IMG/VR virus record: IMGVR_UViG_3300029288_003882
Location: 1-64,000 of that record
Length of the DNA: 64,000 nucleotides
Reading direction: 5' to 3' (one strand)
Source: a virus
Lineage: Duplodnaviria; Caudoviricetes
The stretch's first letter is position 1. Each line of letters begins with the position of its first letter. Made by a program: the position numbers and the translations under genes. This document shows, in pieces, positions 19,264-29,419 of the stretch. The notes under the pieces were generated by a model, which did no database searches, was not told the origin of the DNA, and worked only from the letters and a program-made list of their open reading frames with translations.

Positions 19264-22200
19264 GGAATCCTTTTGCGGCGGCTTTTCCTTCGGATTCGGA
19301 ATTTGCGTTGATTGTCAAGTTAAGGTTACCAATATTCATGTTCTTCGAAGAAACATTACCGGCGGATAATTGTTGGCGATATTGTGCTGACTCACCAGCG
19401 TTCAAGACTATTTCTGATTTGTGCAACTTATAAAGTCCTGTTGCCGGAACACCTTCTTCGCCAGTGCCTTCAGCGAATCCGATAATATCTCCCGCTGTGC
19501 TAATTGCACCTCCAATTCCGCCAGATACTGTGTCTTTTAGATCACTCGCTTTATCGACGGCGGAGGTTATTGCATCAACTACATCCATAACTATGTCATA
19601 GATGTCCCAGAATAAATCATAAACTGGTGTAAGCAAATCTATCCAAGCGGCTACAGAAGTATCCATCTGGTCGGACCACATGTCCCAAAGATATACGACA
19701 CCTTCAATCGCCAATTGAACGCCCATTATCAATAAAGCGATTTGTCCAATAGGCGTCAATAGATACGTTAAGACTATCAGAAGAGGCGTCAAGACTTCGA
19801 CGACCTGTCCAATGATGGGTATAAACGGTTCAAGAATATCATTAAACAAAGTGAACAACGGTAAAAGGGCTTCGAGTATCGGGAAGAACGCTTCGAGAAT
19901 GGGTGTGAGCGTTTCAAAGATTAATGTTAATGCTTCAGTGGGTAAAATTAGAGCCATTATTATGGGCATTAATTCGACAAGTATGGCGACAAGGAAGGAA
20001 ATATTTGGTACAACTACTTCATTTATCACTGTTGCAACGAATTCGAATACTGGGGTTAACATACCCAGAACGCCCGTAAGTTCCATTATTATCGGCGTCA
20101 AGATTGCACCAATTATGGGAGCCAATGAATCGAGTAGAGGCTTCAATGCCATTATAACGTTGTTGACTGCACCGAATAGTGGTGTTAACCCAATCAGGAC
20201 ATCACCAAGTGCCGTGAAAATTGGCGTTATCGCTTGAAGGACTACCTGCAAAACGCTCGATACAAATCCCGCAAGCATTTGGATGGCAGGCATCAAAGCC
20301 ATTATCGGTTGAAATACTGCAGTTATTACCTCTATCAAACCAGAAACGACGGGCAATAATGCCATCATCGGTTTTCCCAGTTGTTCCATAGGAACTGCAA
20401 GTTGACCGAGTAAACTGCCCACACTATCAACAACGGGCGCAAGTTGATCGAATATCGGTGTTAACCCAGATGTAGAATCGCCAAACATTGTCATCAATGG
20501 CGAACCTTGCATTAACATTTCGACAATACTTCCGAGTGATGTCACCAATGGATTTATCGCCGTTGCGACACTTGGCAAGATAGTTAAAATACCTTCGAAC
20601 TTCGGTATTATAGATGTCAATAACGGAAGAACCGATTTAACCACCGGTATAAACATATTACCTATTTCAATCTCTAAATCTTGCCAACCTTTTTTCGTTT
20701 GTTGCAATGATAAGTCCATTGTACCGCTCATGATATCTGCAGTTGATTGAGTTGCACCTTGAGACGTTGTTAATGCGGTTGTAAATGCTCCCAAGGCATC
20801 CGAACCTTGCGATTTCAAAGACAACATTGCAGAAGCACCACGGGCTCCAAATAGTTCGATCATATCAGCAGAGGAAATACCGGATGTTTCAAGTTGCTTT
20901 ATTATTTCGGTAAGACTAACGACGCCTGTTACCCCGTTTTGCATTGCAGCCGTTAAGTCTTTTACCTTTTGTTCCTGCAATGCTAACTGGTCAGAATTTT
21001 GTTGTTGTGCAATAGAATTTTCCTGCAACTTCAAAGTTAATTGGTCACGTTGGGCACCTAATGCAAGATTCGACGCTTGCAACGTTTCAATAGCCGATAT
21101 TTCAGAAGCAGCGGCTTCTTTGATTTGTGCGGCTTTATCCGCTTCGAGCTTCTTAATGTTGTTACCAAGTTCTTCCTGTTGTATCCCTGCCTTCTCTCTT
21201 TGTATCGTTAGTTCGTCATTCGCTTCCTCAAGTTGTTTAATCCTTGATTGTTCCTGTTCGGTCAGGTCACGTCCTTCTCTATCGGCTTGTTGACGTATTT
21301 CCATAACTTCGAGATTGTTTTTCTTCATATCGAGCGAAAACGCAGACATAGAATCCTGGAGACCAAGCATGTCGCTTCTTAAACTGGCGATCTGGTCATC
21401 CCAAGCCGAATACATACCACTTATCGTGTTTATCGCTTCTTGGTGGATTTGTATTTGCTGATTGTTTGCACCTATGGTAAAATTTATGCCCGCCATTTCG
21501 TCATTGATAGATTTGGTACTCGATTCTAACGACGCTTGTTCTGATTGCAAGGCATTCAAGATAGGAATCTGAGACTTCAAAGATTCTTTTGCGTTTTCGC
21601 CTTCGATTGTGAAAGTATTAAATTCAAGTCCTAACCGTGTCATTGTCGATATTGCTTCTGTGGAGGGGTCTAATAATTGCGACAACGATAATCTTAAACC
21701 TGACGAAGCGGTGGAAACGTCCATACCAGAGTTAGCCAACGTCGATAAAGCAGCCGTCACCTCTTCAAAGGATATCCCAGCCGCCGTTGTGATCGGGGCT
21801 ATTGCCGATAATGCATCGCCCAATCCTTCCATTGTGAGGTCAGAATTTATTACCGCATAAGTCATAATATCTGATACTCGTGCTGCTTCTGCGGTTTTAA
21901 ATCCGTATAAATCCATAGCATTGTCTAATATCATAGTTGCGGTATTTAGGTCGGTCATTGATGCTCTTGCCAATAACGCCGATTGTGCCGTAAGCGTCAT
22001 TATATCATTTGCATTTTGACCACTTTTACCAAATATTATCATAGAATTGGAAACATCTTTGAAGGCGAACTCGGTATTTTTTGCCAAATCTCTTGCGCTT
22101 GTTTGCAATGCGTCGAACTCTTCCTCGGTCGCACCGCTCACTGCTTTGACTTTTACCATCTCACGTTCGAAGTCGGAGGCTGCCGTTATCGACGCTTTAC

Positions 22201-22381
22201 TAAATGCAACGCCCGCCATTACTGCAGCCGCCGCAATCGCAACACCTGCCGAAGCAATCCCAGCGCCTACGCCTGCAACGACACCTTGAAGTCCACCTAT
22301 CTCGTTCCTTGCTTGATTGAACGAGTCGGTAAAATCGTTTACGCCTTTTATGGCTATTGCAAGAGTAAGTACCTCGGACAT
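19214..22381 (-). CDS. tail tape measure protein
   Basis: 1055 aa; FEREMVKVKAVSGAT TP901-type region, LFGARG motif, amphipathic Pro-punctuated repeats. Confidence 0.93.
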   Translation of the reverse strand: MSEVLTLAIAIKGVNDFTDSFNQARNEIGGLQGVVAGVGAGIASAGVAIAAAAVMAGVAFSKASITAASDFEREMVKVKAVSGATEEEFDALQTSARDLAKNTEFAFKDVSNSMIIFGKSGQNANDIMTLTAQSALLARASMTDLNTATMILDNAMDLYGFKTAEAARVSDIMTYAVINSDLTMEGLGDALSAIAPITTAAGISFEEVTAALSTLANSGMDVSTASSGLRLSLSQLLDPSTEAISTMTRLGLEFNTFTIEGENAKESLKSQIPILNALQSEQASLESSTKSINDEMAGINFTIGANNQQIQIHQEAINTISGMYSAWDDQIASLRSDMLGLQDSMSAFSLDMKKNNLEVMEIRQQADREGRDLTEQEQSRIKQLEEANDELTIQREKAGIQQEELGNNIKKLEADKAAQIKEAAASEISAIETLQASNLALGAQRDQLTLKLQENSIAQQQNSDQLALQEQKVKDLTAAMQNGVTGVVSLTEIIKQLETSGISSADMIELFGARGASAMLSLKSQGSDALGAFTTALTTSQGATQSTADIMSGTMDLSLQQTKKGWQDLEIEIGNMFIPVVKSVLPLLTSIIPKFEGILTILPSVATAINPLVTSLGSIVEMLMQGSPLMTMFGDSTSGLTPIFDQLAPVVDSVGSLLGQLAVPMEQLGKPMMALLPVVSGLIEVITAVFQPIMALMPAIQMLAGFVSSVLQVVLQAITPIFTALGDVLIGLTPLFGAVNNVIMALKPLLDSLAPIIGAILTPIIMELTGVLGMLTPVFEFVATVINEVVVPNISFLVAILVELMPIIMALILPTEALTLIFETLTPILEAFFPILEALLPLFTLFNDILEPFIPIIGQVVEVLTPLLIVLTYLLTPIGQIALLIMGVQLAIEGVVYLWDMWSDQMDTSVAAWIDLLTPVYDLFWDIYDIVMDVVDAITSAVDKASDLKDTVSGGIGGAISTAGDIIGFAEGTGEEGVPATGLYKLHKSEIVLNAGESAQYRQQLSAGNVSSKNMNIGNLNLTINANSESEGKAAAKGFLEELHSAIIRGDYEVV

Positions 22382-22389
22382 ATCTTCGC

Positions 22390-22561
22390 CTACATATTGT
22401 TCAAATGTTCTTTGCGATTGCGTTCTGATGTTAGGTGAATCAACGTATTTTTCTCTATTGTGTCAAGTTGATTCCACTCTATTAGATTCAGGTTGTTTTC
22501 ACGCATTACTTGGGCGAGGAATTGTCCTTCATCTGACTTGGCGAATTCTCTAATTTTTTTT
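22390..22561 (-). CDS. -1 frameshift extension of tail assembly chaperone (lambda gpGT-like)
   Basis: A8 slippery run at 22554-22561 (CAA AAA AAA TTA); -1 frame open to TAG at 22390, 9 nt before tape measure ATG. Confidence 0.75.
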
Positions 22562-22943
22562 GAGTGTTGGTGATCGCTTCGTTTATACGCTTCGCAAGTT
22601 GCCCCGTCCTTGTCGTCGAGAATTTCCTGAACTGCTTCTCGGTAAATTCAAGATTCGGGTTGCCTTTCAACATGCGCCTATACGTGAGCAAAATACCGAA
22701 CATTTGCCCCTTAGGTGTGCTTGCATCATTAATAAACCCAGACACCCTTTCAAGGTCGGGGTCTATTTGCAGCATCATAACGTCGTCATTCGAAAGGTCC
22801 TTAACGTTCAACGTCTTTAAGGGCACCTCTTCGCCCCTTTCGTTGATAGACTTGAAGCCAAGATCTTCCACATTGACTTCGATGACTCGATTAGGAACGT
22901 CCAGCTCGACCTCTATCCAGCTCATTGCCTTTTTTGACGACAT
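22506..22943 (-). CDS. tail assembly chaperone
   Basis: Position between tail tube and tape measure, slippery site near 3' end. Confidence 0.75.
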   Translation of the reverse strand: MSSKKAMSWIEVELDVPNRVIEVNVEDLGFKSINERGEEVPLKTLNVKDLSNDDVMMLQIDPDLERVSGFINDASTPKGQMFGILLTYRRMLKGNPNLEFTEKQFRKFSTTRTGQLAKRINEAITNTQKKLENSPSQMKDNSSPK

Positions 22944-22977
22944 TTATACCACGTCCTTATGATGTTGCGACCGTGAT

Positions 22978-23391
22978 TTATGATGAATTATCCGTGGAGG
23001 ACCAGTTCAACCCTTCGAAGTCAGCGTTAAGCATCAATGCGCCCTTATCCCCTGCCTTGATGCTCGAACCCAAAGACTTCAAAGAACACCCGGAGCAGGT
23101 ATAGGTATTGTTGCCGTCGCCGGGGTCGAAGACGATGAGCTTCTCTTCCTTGTTGTTGAACCAGTCATATAACTGTCCCGTTGTGATGCCCCATGCCTTC
23201 GTTATCTTGCCCGTGACCTTCTTCATCCCAAAGGTATGATCTATTGCAACATTCGAACCCTGCTCGATGTATTTGTCCATGTCGTATTCGAGTTTAAAGT
23301 CCGCTTCGACGTATCCTTCAATAGAGCCGCCTGTCGTTATCTTGCCCGTAACACCGGTAAATGCATGACCACCAGTTGCCATATTTTTCAC
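22978..23391 (-). CDS. major tail tube protein
   Basis: Beta-rich, KKVTGKITKAW and LMLNADFEG tube-like pattern; biased codon use; start probably ATG 23382. Confidence 0.75.
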   Translation of the reverse strand: MKNMATGGHAFTGVTGKITTGGSIEGYVEADFKLEYDMDKYIEQGSNVAIDHTFGMKKVTGKITKAWGITTGQLYDWFNNKEEKLIVFDPGDGNNTYTCSGCSLKSLGSSIKAGDKGALMLNADFEGLNWSSTDNSS

Positions 23392-23435
23392 CTTTTTATT
23401 ATATCATTAGTGAAATAAAATCGTTACCAGAATAT

Positions 23436-23467
23436 AAATATATATTGTGTTAAAATTAATACCGTCC
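23436..23467 (-). promoter_or_regulatory. late promoter motif, copy 1 (tail tube operon)
   Basis: Minus strand GGACGGTATTAATTTTAACACAATATATATTT; near-identical copies at 39276 and 42976. Confidence 0.75.
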
Positions 23468-23543
23468 ATTCGCAAGACACCTAAATTATACCGAGAAAGT
23501 TTTCACTATGCGACGAAGAATTTATGAAACAACTTTTGGTTGT

Positions 23544-24209
23544 TTACTTGGAGGCTTGCTTGCGTCTTTGCAACGCGGCATACTCGGGTGAGGATTTCAA
23601 TGCACCTTCTACCTGTTCCCGAGGCATGTTCCCCTTTATGTATGAAACATAGCATTGAAGACCGCCCGCATCGGGTTCCCTTTCAAGAATCTTCCAATAT
23701 GCCTTGCGGACGAATTGTTCTGGCGTCGATTCAGGCAAAGTTCGCCAATCGATCTTGGGCTTCGGAACGGCAGGCTTTGGCGGCGCTTGCACAGGCTTCG
23801 GCGCTTGCACGGGTGCGGGTGCGACCGCTGGTGTGGGTGCGCGGACGGGAGCGGGAGGGGTCACGGGCGCTGTTTTTGGTGCAGGTGCGGGAACGGGCTT
23901 GGGGGTGATCACCGGCATCGGCGGAGGCGTCGATGACTTCAATATCGGAGGAATCGGCTTCGGAGGTTCTGGCGCTTTTACAGGCGCAGGAGGGACAATG
24001 GGTGCGGGTGTGGGTTCGAGTTGCTTTTGTGCATCAAGAACCGCTTGGCGCAGGTATTTCAAAGTGTTCGATGGATACTTTGTCATGTCGACCTTAGCAC
24101 CGCGCTTCTCTAAGTCTTCGACGATTTCAAGAAGTTTGGCTCTCTTTGTCAAGTTCGCAAGGTCTTTCTCGGTATAAATCTTAGGTTGCTTGTCAATCAT
24201 TTTAACCAC
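23544..24209 (-). CDS. HeH-like N-terminus + Pro/Ala-rich linker + DUF4214-like C-terminal domain
   Basis: PEQFVRKAYWKILEREPDAGGLQCYV...REQVEGALKSSPEY matches DUF4214 pattern; ~90-aa PA-rich linker. Confidence 0.7.
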   Translation of the reverse strand: MVKMIDKQPKIYTEKDLANLTKRAKLLEIVEDLEKRGAKVDMTKYPSNTLKYLRQAVLDAQKQLEPTPAPIVPPAPVKAPEPPKPIPPILKSSTPPPMPVITPKPVPAPAPKTAPVTPPAPVRAPTPAVAPAPVQAPKPVQAPPKPAVPKPKIDWRTLPESTPEQFVRKAYWKILEREPDAGGLQCYVSYIKGNMPREQVEGALKSSPEYAALQRRKQASK

Positions 24210-24210
24210 T

Positions 24211-24243
24211 AACGATATATATACCGTTATAAGTATTTAATTT
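24211..24243 (-). promoter_or_regulatory. second promoter class (TTAAATACTT-N-TATATATATC)
   Basis: Minus strand TTAAATACTTATAACGGTATATATATCGTT just before ATG; similar at 30547 and 36151. Confidence 0.55.
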
Positions 24244-25202
24244 TATTTCTTTGCAATTTCAGAAAAGGTACCAACTTCCTTAGTGATTTTGTCCAGATCA
24301 ACGTCTTCATTATCGAAGACAAAATCACTCAACGGGTGCGCTTTATCGTAATCGACCAAGACGACATCCGCGGCGTTATGTATTTGTTCTATGTAGCCAA
24401 AAATAACTTTGGGGTCGTTGTTGGTTTTCTTCTTAAGGAATGTTATTGCGTCTTCAAAGGACATATTTCGGTCCCGCATTAGGTAATAGATGTGCTTTCG
24501 AACTTGATGCAATCTATTCCTACAAAAGCCATAATGATACACCGAAATCACGGGGTCGCTTTCCTTCGCAATCTTTCCAACTAAGTTAAACTTGTATGCG
24601 TCGCCCTCCTTCAAGTCAAGGTATAGTTTCCTGTCTTTGTAGTATTGATTAAAGAAAGTATCACGATTGTCCCCGTCATTTATCGTTGGATGATTGACAT
24701 AATACATATATTCCTGATACTTGAAAAACTTTTGGTGACGTTGCATAGTTCGTATGTTACCAGATTCTTTATCTACAAAGATTTTATTTTTATCCCAAAA
24801 GTTAATCACCGACGGGACAAATTCACCGATTTCTGGATATTCTTTGATAAGTCTTTGAAGTTTTAATCTCATATCGGGGTCATAGAATTCATCTGCACCA
24901 TATGTAATGCACCAATCGCCAGGTTCCACATGATTGAGCATTGCGTTTTGTTGGTCTTGTTTAGATAGCCATTTTCCATCTGGGTCGTTTGTGATTAATA
25001 CCATCTTATGCTGGTATTTGTGCAAGTATGCTTTAAGGATTAATAACGTATCGTCGATGGAATGTCCGTCTGGTGTAGTAAACGGATGCCCGATCACCCC
25101 GCCTTCCGCGATTATCATCTTATCGACAAGCGGAAGATTATAGAGAAGGAATCGTTCTATGATTTCGGCTTCATTCAAGACGCAACAAAGCCCAACTATC
25201 AT
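24243..25202 (-). CDS. glycosyltransferase family 2-like (GT-A)
   Basis: CCVLNEAEII, SIDDT, GADEF (DxD-like); start at ATGA overlap 25202. Confidence 0.82.
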   Translation of the reverse strand: MIVGLCCVLNEAEIIERFLLYNLPLVDKMIIAEGGVIGHPFTTPDGHSIDDTLLILKAYLHKYQHKMVLITNDPDGKWLSKQDQQNAMLNHVEPGDWCITYGADEFYDPDMRLKLQRLIKEYPEIGEFVPSVINFWDKNKIFVDKESGNIRTMQRHQKFFKYQEYMYYVNHPTINDGDNRDTFFNQYYKDRKLYLDLKEGDAYKFNLVGKIAKESDPVISVYHYGFCRNRLHQVRKHIYYLMRDRNMSFEDAITFLKKKTNNDPKVIFGYIEQIHNAADVVLVDYDKAHPLSDFVFDNEDVDLDKITKEVGTFSEIAKK

Positions 25203-25324
25203 AGGTGGCACCCAACGCATACCAGTCCTTTGCAAGACGGGCAGGTAACTTGGTTCGGATTTCCTTTGACGATGATTTTCTCACCGCAATAAGGGCACTC
25301 TATAGGTTCGTCATGCTTAGCCAA
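25199..25324 (-). CDS. 41-aa zinc-ribbon microprotein, absent from ORF track
   Basis: Hand translation MAKHDEPIECPYCGEKIIVKGNPNQVTCPSCKGLVCVGCHL; GGTGA SD and TTG start. Confidence 0.65.
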   Translation of the reverse strand: MAKHDEPIECPYCGEKIIVKGNPNQVTCPSCKGLVCVGCHL

Positions 25325-25973
25325 ATAAATCACCCCATTTTCCGTTTATCATCTTGAACGCTTCGGCATATTTCATAGTTAGGTTCCTTGCGTTCATTCC
25401 TCTAAATGAGGACAAGGTCTTTATCGCTTGTATGTAATCGAATTTTTCGAGTTGTGATTTGTATATTTTGGCAATTTTAATCTTGAATGCCAACCCGTCT
25501 TCGTCGAACGATACATAAAAATTAGGTTCGGGTATTGTCCATTTGTGATGTTCATAAAAGAAGATTGTCGCCTTCGGAAAAGCCCGCATTGCTTCGATGC
25601 CTAACTGCGCATGATCTTGGTGTAAATCTTCTGGGTGATGAACAACGACGATATCTGGGTTGTATGACTTCTTTAATTTTACCATATCCTCCAATATTTC
25701 TTGTCGTTGTTCGTTGAATCTTCTCACTTGATAGTCATAGAGTTTATGCGTCTTTATTGCTACCAATCGTTGCGCTGTTTCCCATTCCTTGATGGTAGCA
25801 GTCGGTTCATACCCATTTGGTAAACTTACAATGCAAGGTGAGAAGGTGACATGCATCGTATCGAACTTTTTAGAATCGACCAACTTTTTAGCCATGATCG
25901 GGCAGGAAAGTTCGATGTCGTCTGTATGCGCCGAAATGAATAGAACTTTTCTCATTTTACACCTTCGATACAT
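25317..25973 (-). CDS. PIG-L/LmbE-family N-acetyl-sugar deacetylase
   Basis: SAHTDDIEL and H..D.HQDH motifs, YAEAF; start probably 25955. Confidence 0.88.
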   Translation of the reverse strand: MYRRCKMRKVLFISAHTDDIELSCPIMAKKLVDSKKFDTMHVTFSPCIVSLPNGYEPTATIKEWETAQRLVAIKTHKLYDYQVRRFNEQRQEILEDMVKLKKSYNPDIVVVHHPEDLHQDHAQLGIEAMRAFPKATIFFYEHHKWTIPEPNFYVSFDEDGLAFKIKIAKIYKSQLEKFDYIQAIKTLSSFRGMNARNLTMKYAEAFKMINGKWGDLFG

Positions 25974-27493
25974 ATCTTGTATAGTTCTACGAGTTTATGA
26001 ATGTGATTCTCCATGACGAACTTATGTTTTACCAATGCAACATTCTTCCGCCACGCTTCTAACGTTTCACGGTTCCAACCATTGCTAATTTCACCGCCGA
26101 TATAATTGCTTTCGACAATATCACGGTGAGACTTTTGCAAACCGTAATTACACAATACTGGTAATCCTGAAGCGATATAATCCCATAACTTGTTTGTGCA
26201 ATTTGAGAAAGTAGATGTTCTTTCTTTGACGCCTACTGGCACATCTGGGATTATACCAAAATCGTATTTCGCCATCCTTTGTATTAGTTCGGCATATGGG
26301 AGTTTTTTCTTGATATTGTATAATTTGGAAGGCTTTGCAGAGAAGGTGGGATAAACATCTATCTTGGCTCCACGTTTTGCTATTGCGCTAAAATCGTCCG
26401 TAGAATCACGATACCCTCCCATTCCGCCTTCGTAAACGCCCCAAAGATATTTATCATTAAGTCTTGGTTCGAATTTTTTAGGTAGTTGCAACGTTGACGG
26501 CATCGAATGCAAGACAATCGATTTATTTATGTCCACGTCGTATTTGCCCATGTAGTAATAGAGCATCGGATATGAAACGTAAACCCTTCCGTCTGATTGC
26601 TTGTTGGCGATTTCTTCCTCTTTCTTGACAAGATCATAATTCCTCGAATAAGGTTTTAAATAACCCAATTCGTGGCTATCGTGAATGACGCTTATATCAT
26701 ACTTCTTTCTCAATTGTATTGCCGTTAAAGCCTGTTCGTCTGGAAAGTTATGACAATGTATAACGTTTATGTTATTTATTTCTACATGTTTCGCCATCGT
26801 GGGTCCGTCCATCGATGTATTGTAAATTGTAATTCCAGGAATTGTGATGTTGTCGGGTGTATATCTTGATATTATCACTATTTTGCCCACATGGGACTTT
26901 AATGCGAGAGCCTCTTTTATCGCCCGTGTGCATAGTGAATTTTCCACCATTAATACGTTTATTTCTTTTGAATTATTTATTTTCTTAGGTGTTTTTTCTC
27001 TTATGACCTCTTCGATGACTTCCTTTATTTGTTGTGGTTGTGGTTGTGGTTGAATAATAGGTAATATTTGCACAGGTTTAGGCTTTTCTGGTTCGATGCA
27101 TTCAATCGATACACAATCAATTAATACACGGCTTACAGTGTCCTCAACCCATAATCTGACAAATGCTTCATACGGCATATCCAGATCAGGACATTTTAAA
27201 TCTATTGACACGGATAAAAAAGAATCTTCGCATTTCAAGGTAACTATTTTATGGGCGAAATCCATATCTGTGTTTCTATAAAGATTTGCAATCACTCGGG
27301 CGCCGTTGATGTTGCATTTATAATTGAACTTCATGCGATACGTGATGCCCGATATTAACAGAACAGAAAATTGCATCGGCGAGGAACCGTTCCTCAACAA
27401 TGTACCTTTATGATGTTCCACGAATTTCTGGAATAATGAATTGTATCCTATTAATTCGTTTTGGTGCATGGTTTTTCGAAGACGATAACGCAA
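25952..27493 (-). CDS. GT-B glycosyltransferase with N-terminal beta-sandwich domain
   Basis: VIHCHNFP, VIHDSHE, TNKLWDYIASGLPVL; start probably 27469. Confidence 0.8.
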   Translation of the reverse strand: MRYRLRKTMHQNELIGYNSLFQKFVEHHKGTLLRNGSSPMQFSVLLISGITYRMKFNYKCNINGARVIANLYRNTDMDFAHKIVTLKCEDSFLSVSIDLKCPDLDMPYEAFVRLWVEDTVSRVLIDCVSIECIEPEKPKPVQILPIIQPQPQPQQIKEVIEEVIREKTPKKINNSKEINVLMVENSLCTRAIKEALALKSHVGKIVIISRYTPDNITIPGITIYNTSMDGPTMAKHVEINNINVIHCHNFPDEQALTAIQLRKKYDISVIHDSHELGYLKPYSRNYDLVKKEEEIANKQSDGRVYVSYPMLYYYMGKYDVDINKSIVLHSMPSTLQLPKKFEPRLNDKYLWGVYEGGMGGYRDSTDDFSAIAKRGAKIDVYPTFSAKPSKLYNIKKKLPYAELIQRMAKYDFGIIPDVPVGVKERTSTFSNCTNKLWDYIASGLPVLCNYGLQKSHRDIVESNYIGGEISNGWNRETLEAWRKNVALVKHKFVMENHIHKLVELYKICIEGVK

Positions 27494-28143
27494 ACGCCTT
27501 TTGATTCGAATTGCTGAAACGTCTTCATACCTCTTTTCTCAAATTCATTTGCCCACCAATTGGGAGAATGAAGACTGAAATGAGAGGGATTTTTATTCTT
27601 ACCTATCGATATTGTGGGTTCGTTTGTTTCTTTTCCTATCGGTGTGCTTACAACAAGAAAGTCCTTGGTTACCCTTATGTGTTCATCTATTGCTTTTGAT
27701 AGTTGCCCGTCGTCTTCTGGAATGTGTTCAAGAACTTCCATAGATATGACGAGTTCGAACATATTGTCCTTTATGTTGTTCTTGTCAAGTTCGCAAACGT
27801 CGCCTACGAACAGGTTCTTTATTCCCTCGTTGACGCCACGACCAATCGCATATGCGCTAATGTCTATCCCCATTGCGTCAACCTTTGCGTTCTTTTGCAA
27901 CGTCTCGACAAGATAGCCGACGGCACATCCAAGAACTAAGACATTATTTGGCAATCGTGATTTACCGAACTTCTTACCGAACGTATATCCTGCCATGTCT
28001 AAAATTTGGGCGCATTGTTCGATCTTGAAAGGCAAATATATTTCACGAGTATATCCACCTCGAGGATTGGAAAAGCCATAACTTGACTTCGTATCCTTGG
28101 TAAAATATTCTTCGTCGAAAAAATCAGCTCCGTATCGCTTCAT
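27451..28143 (-). CDS. class I SAM-dependent methyltransferase
   Basis: VLVLGCAVG, GIDISAYAI, SMEVLEHIP. Confidence 0.88.
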   Translation of the reverse strand: MKRYGADFFDEEYFTKDTKSSYGFSNPRGGYTREIYLPFKIEQCAQILDMAGYTFGKKFGKSRLPNNVLVLGCAVGYLVETLQKNAKVDAMGIDISAYAIGRGVNEGIKNLFVGDVCELDKNNIKDNMFELVISMEVLEHIPEDDGQLSKAIDEHIRVTKDFLVVSTPIGKETNEPTISIGKNKNPSHFSLHSPNWWANEFEKRGMKTFQQFESKGVCVIVFEKPCTKTN

Positions 28144-29390
28144 TTTTTCACCTCCATACGTTCGTTAGCCGCCTTTCGCAAGATAAAGTTGGCTTCGTTT
28201 GCTATGTCGTCCCACCCAAAGTTCTTCTTTGCAAATCTGAAGGCTGCCTCTCCCATTTTCCGCGTTTCGCTTCTGTTGTCGTATGCATACTGGAAGGCTT
28301 TTGCCATTTCGTCAACGTCAACAATAGCCCTCCGTATGTTGTATTCGCCCATGACGTAATCATTAGGTGGGATTAAAAAGCCTCTATCGTCGCCTACAAG
28401 TTCGGCGCTCGATGTATAATCGGTGATCACCGCAGGCGTGCCACAAGCCATCGCCTCCACAGTTGGTATTCCGAAGCCTTCGCCACTTGTCGATGACGCA
28501 TAAACATCAAACAAATTATAGAAAGCCGCCAATTGTGAAACGAGAATACCGTCATCGAGTTTATCCGTTTGGTCGATGAACAATACCTTTCCTTGTTCGA
28601 TCTTCTTTTGCTTGATGTATTCGTATAGGTTATTTCCTTGCATTGTTCTATTTGCGGGGTCGCCAACTTTCATAAGCATAACGGCGTCTTTCTTATCCTT
28701 GGCGAATTTGGCAAAAGCATCTATTACTTTTGTATGTTGCTTTCTCATACAATTCTTGCCTATGACACCCACGCAAAACGTATCTGGGTTTTTCTTAAAG
28801 AAGTTTTGGCGATTTTCTTCTCTAAGATTTCTTGCCAGAGGTTTGAAAGTATCCAGATCAACGCCGTGGTATAGATGTGGCATTCCGAAATGTCTTGTCC
28901 ATCCACCTCGACCAAAATCCATAACCGCTTTCGTGACCACATCACGTCCATATTTTGACATTGCGAGAGGTGTATGCGTCTTTTTTATCATATCAAGCCA
29001 CGGTGTATAGAACGGGTCACCATCGACGGGGAAATAGTTCACGTAAGGAACGCCTGCCTCATTACAATAGTCTATCAATCCCTCCGTAAACCAATAATCG
29101 ATTAGTGAAAATGCACAATCGGGTTTAAACGTCTTCAAATAATGCGGGAACTTTTCTGGGAAGGCAGGGTCGAGCATCGACGTTAGCCCGTGGTTCAATT
29201 GAAGATATATCCCACCTTTTCCGTCGCCGTATTCTTGCGGCATTCCGTTGTGTTGCCAACCGACGTGATAACATTTCCAGCCACGTTTCGCAAGACGTGG
29301 TAAAAGATTTGCCATAACGACGCCATATCCCGTTGGCATAAGTGTCGATTCGCTTCCCGATAATAGAGTTAATATTTCTTTGTTCGACAT
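28140..29390 (-). CDS. GT4 glycosyltransferase
   Basis: PTGYG, HGVD, EGFGIPTVEAMACGTP; start taken as ATG 29390 downstream of TATA box. Confidence 0.92.
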   Translation of the reverse strand: MSNKEILTLLSGSESTLMPTGYGVVMANLLPRLAKRGWKCYHVGWQHNGMPQEYGDGKGGIYLQLNHGLTSMLDPAFPEKFPHYLKTFKPDCAFSLIDYWFTEGLIDYCNEAGVPYVNYFPVDGDPFYTPWLDMIKKTHTPLAMSKYGRDVVTKAVMDFGRGGWTRHFGMPHLYHGVDLDTFKPLARNLREENRQNFFKKNPDTFCVGVIGKNCMRKQHTKVIDAFAKFAKDKKDAVMLMKVGDPANRTMQGNNLYEYIKQKKIEQGKVLFIDQTDKLDDGILVSQLAAFYNLFDVYASSTSGEGFGIPTVEAMACGTPAVITDYTSSAELVGDDRGFLIPPNDYVMGEYNIRRAIVDVDEMAKAFQYAYDNRSETRKMGEAAFRFAKKNFGWDDIANEANFILRKAANERMEVKK

Positions 29391-29419
29391 AACAATCAAT
29401 CTTTGAAGCGAATTATTAT

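Noticed and set aside
25317-25340. GDLFG end of the deacetylase as another copy of the acidic tail motif
   Set aside because: Fully explained by the GGTGA SD and TTG start of the overlapping zinc-ribbon gene; it serves as the cautionary control for that finding.
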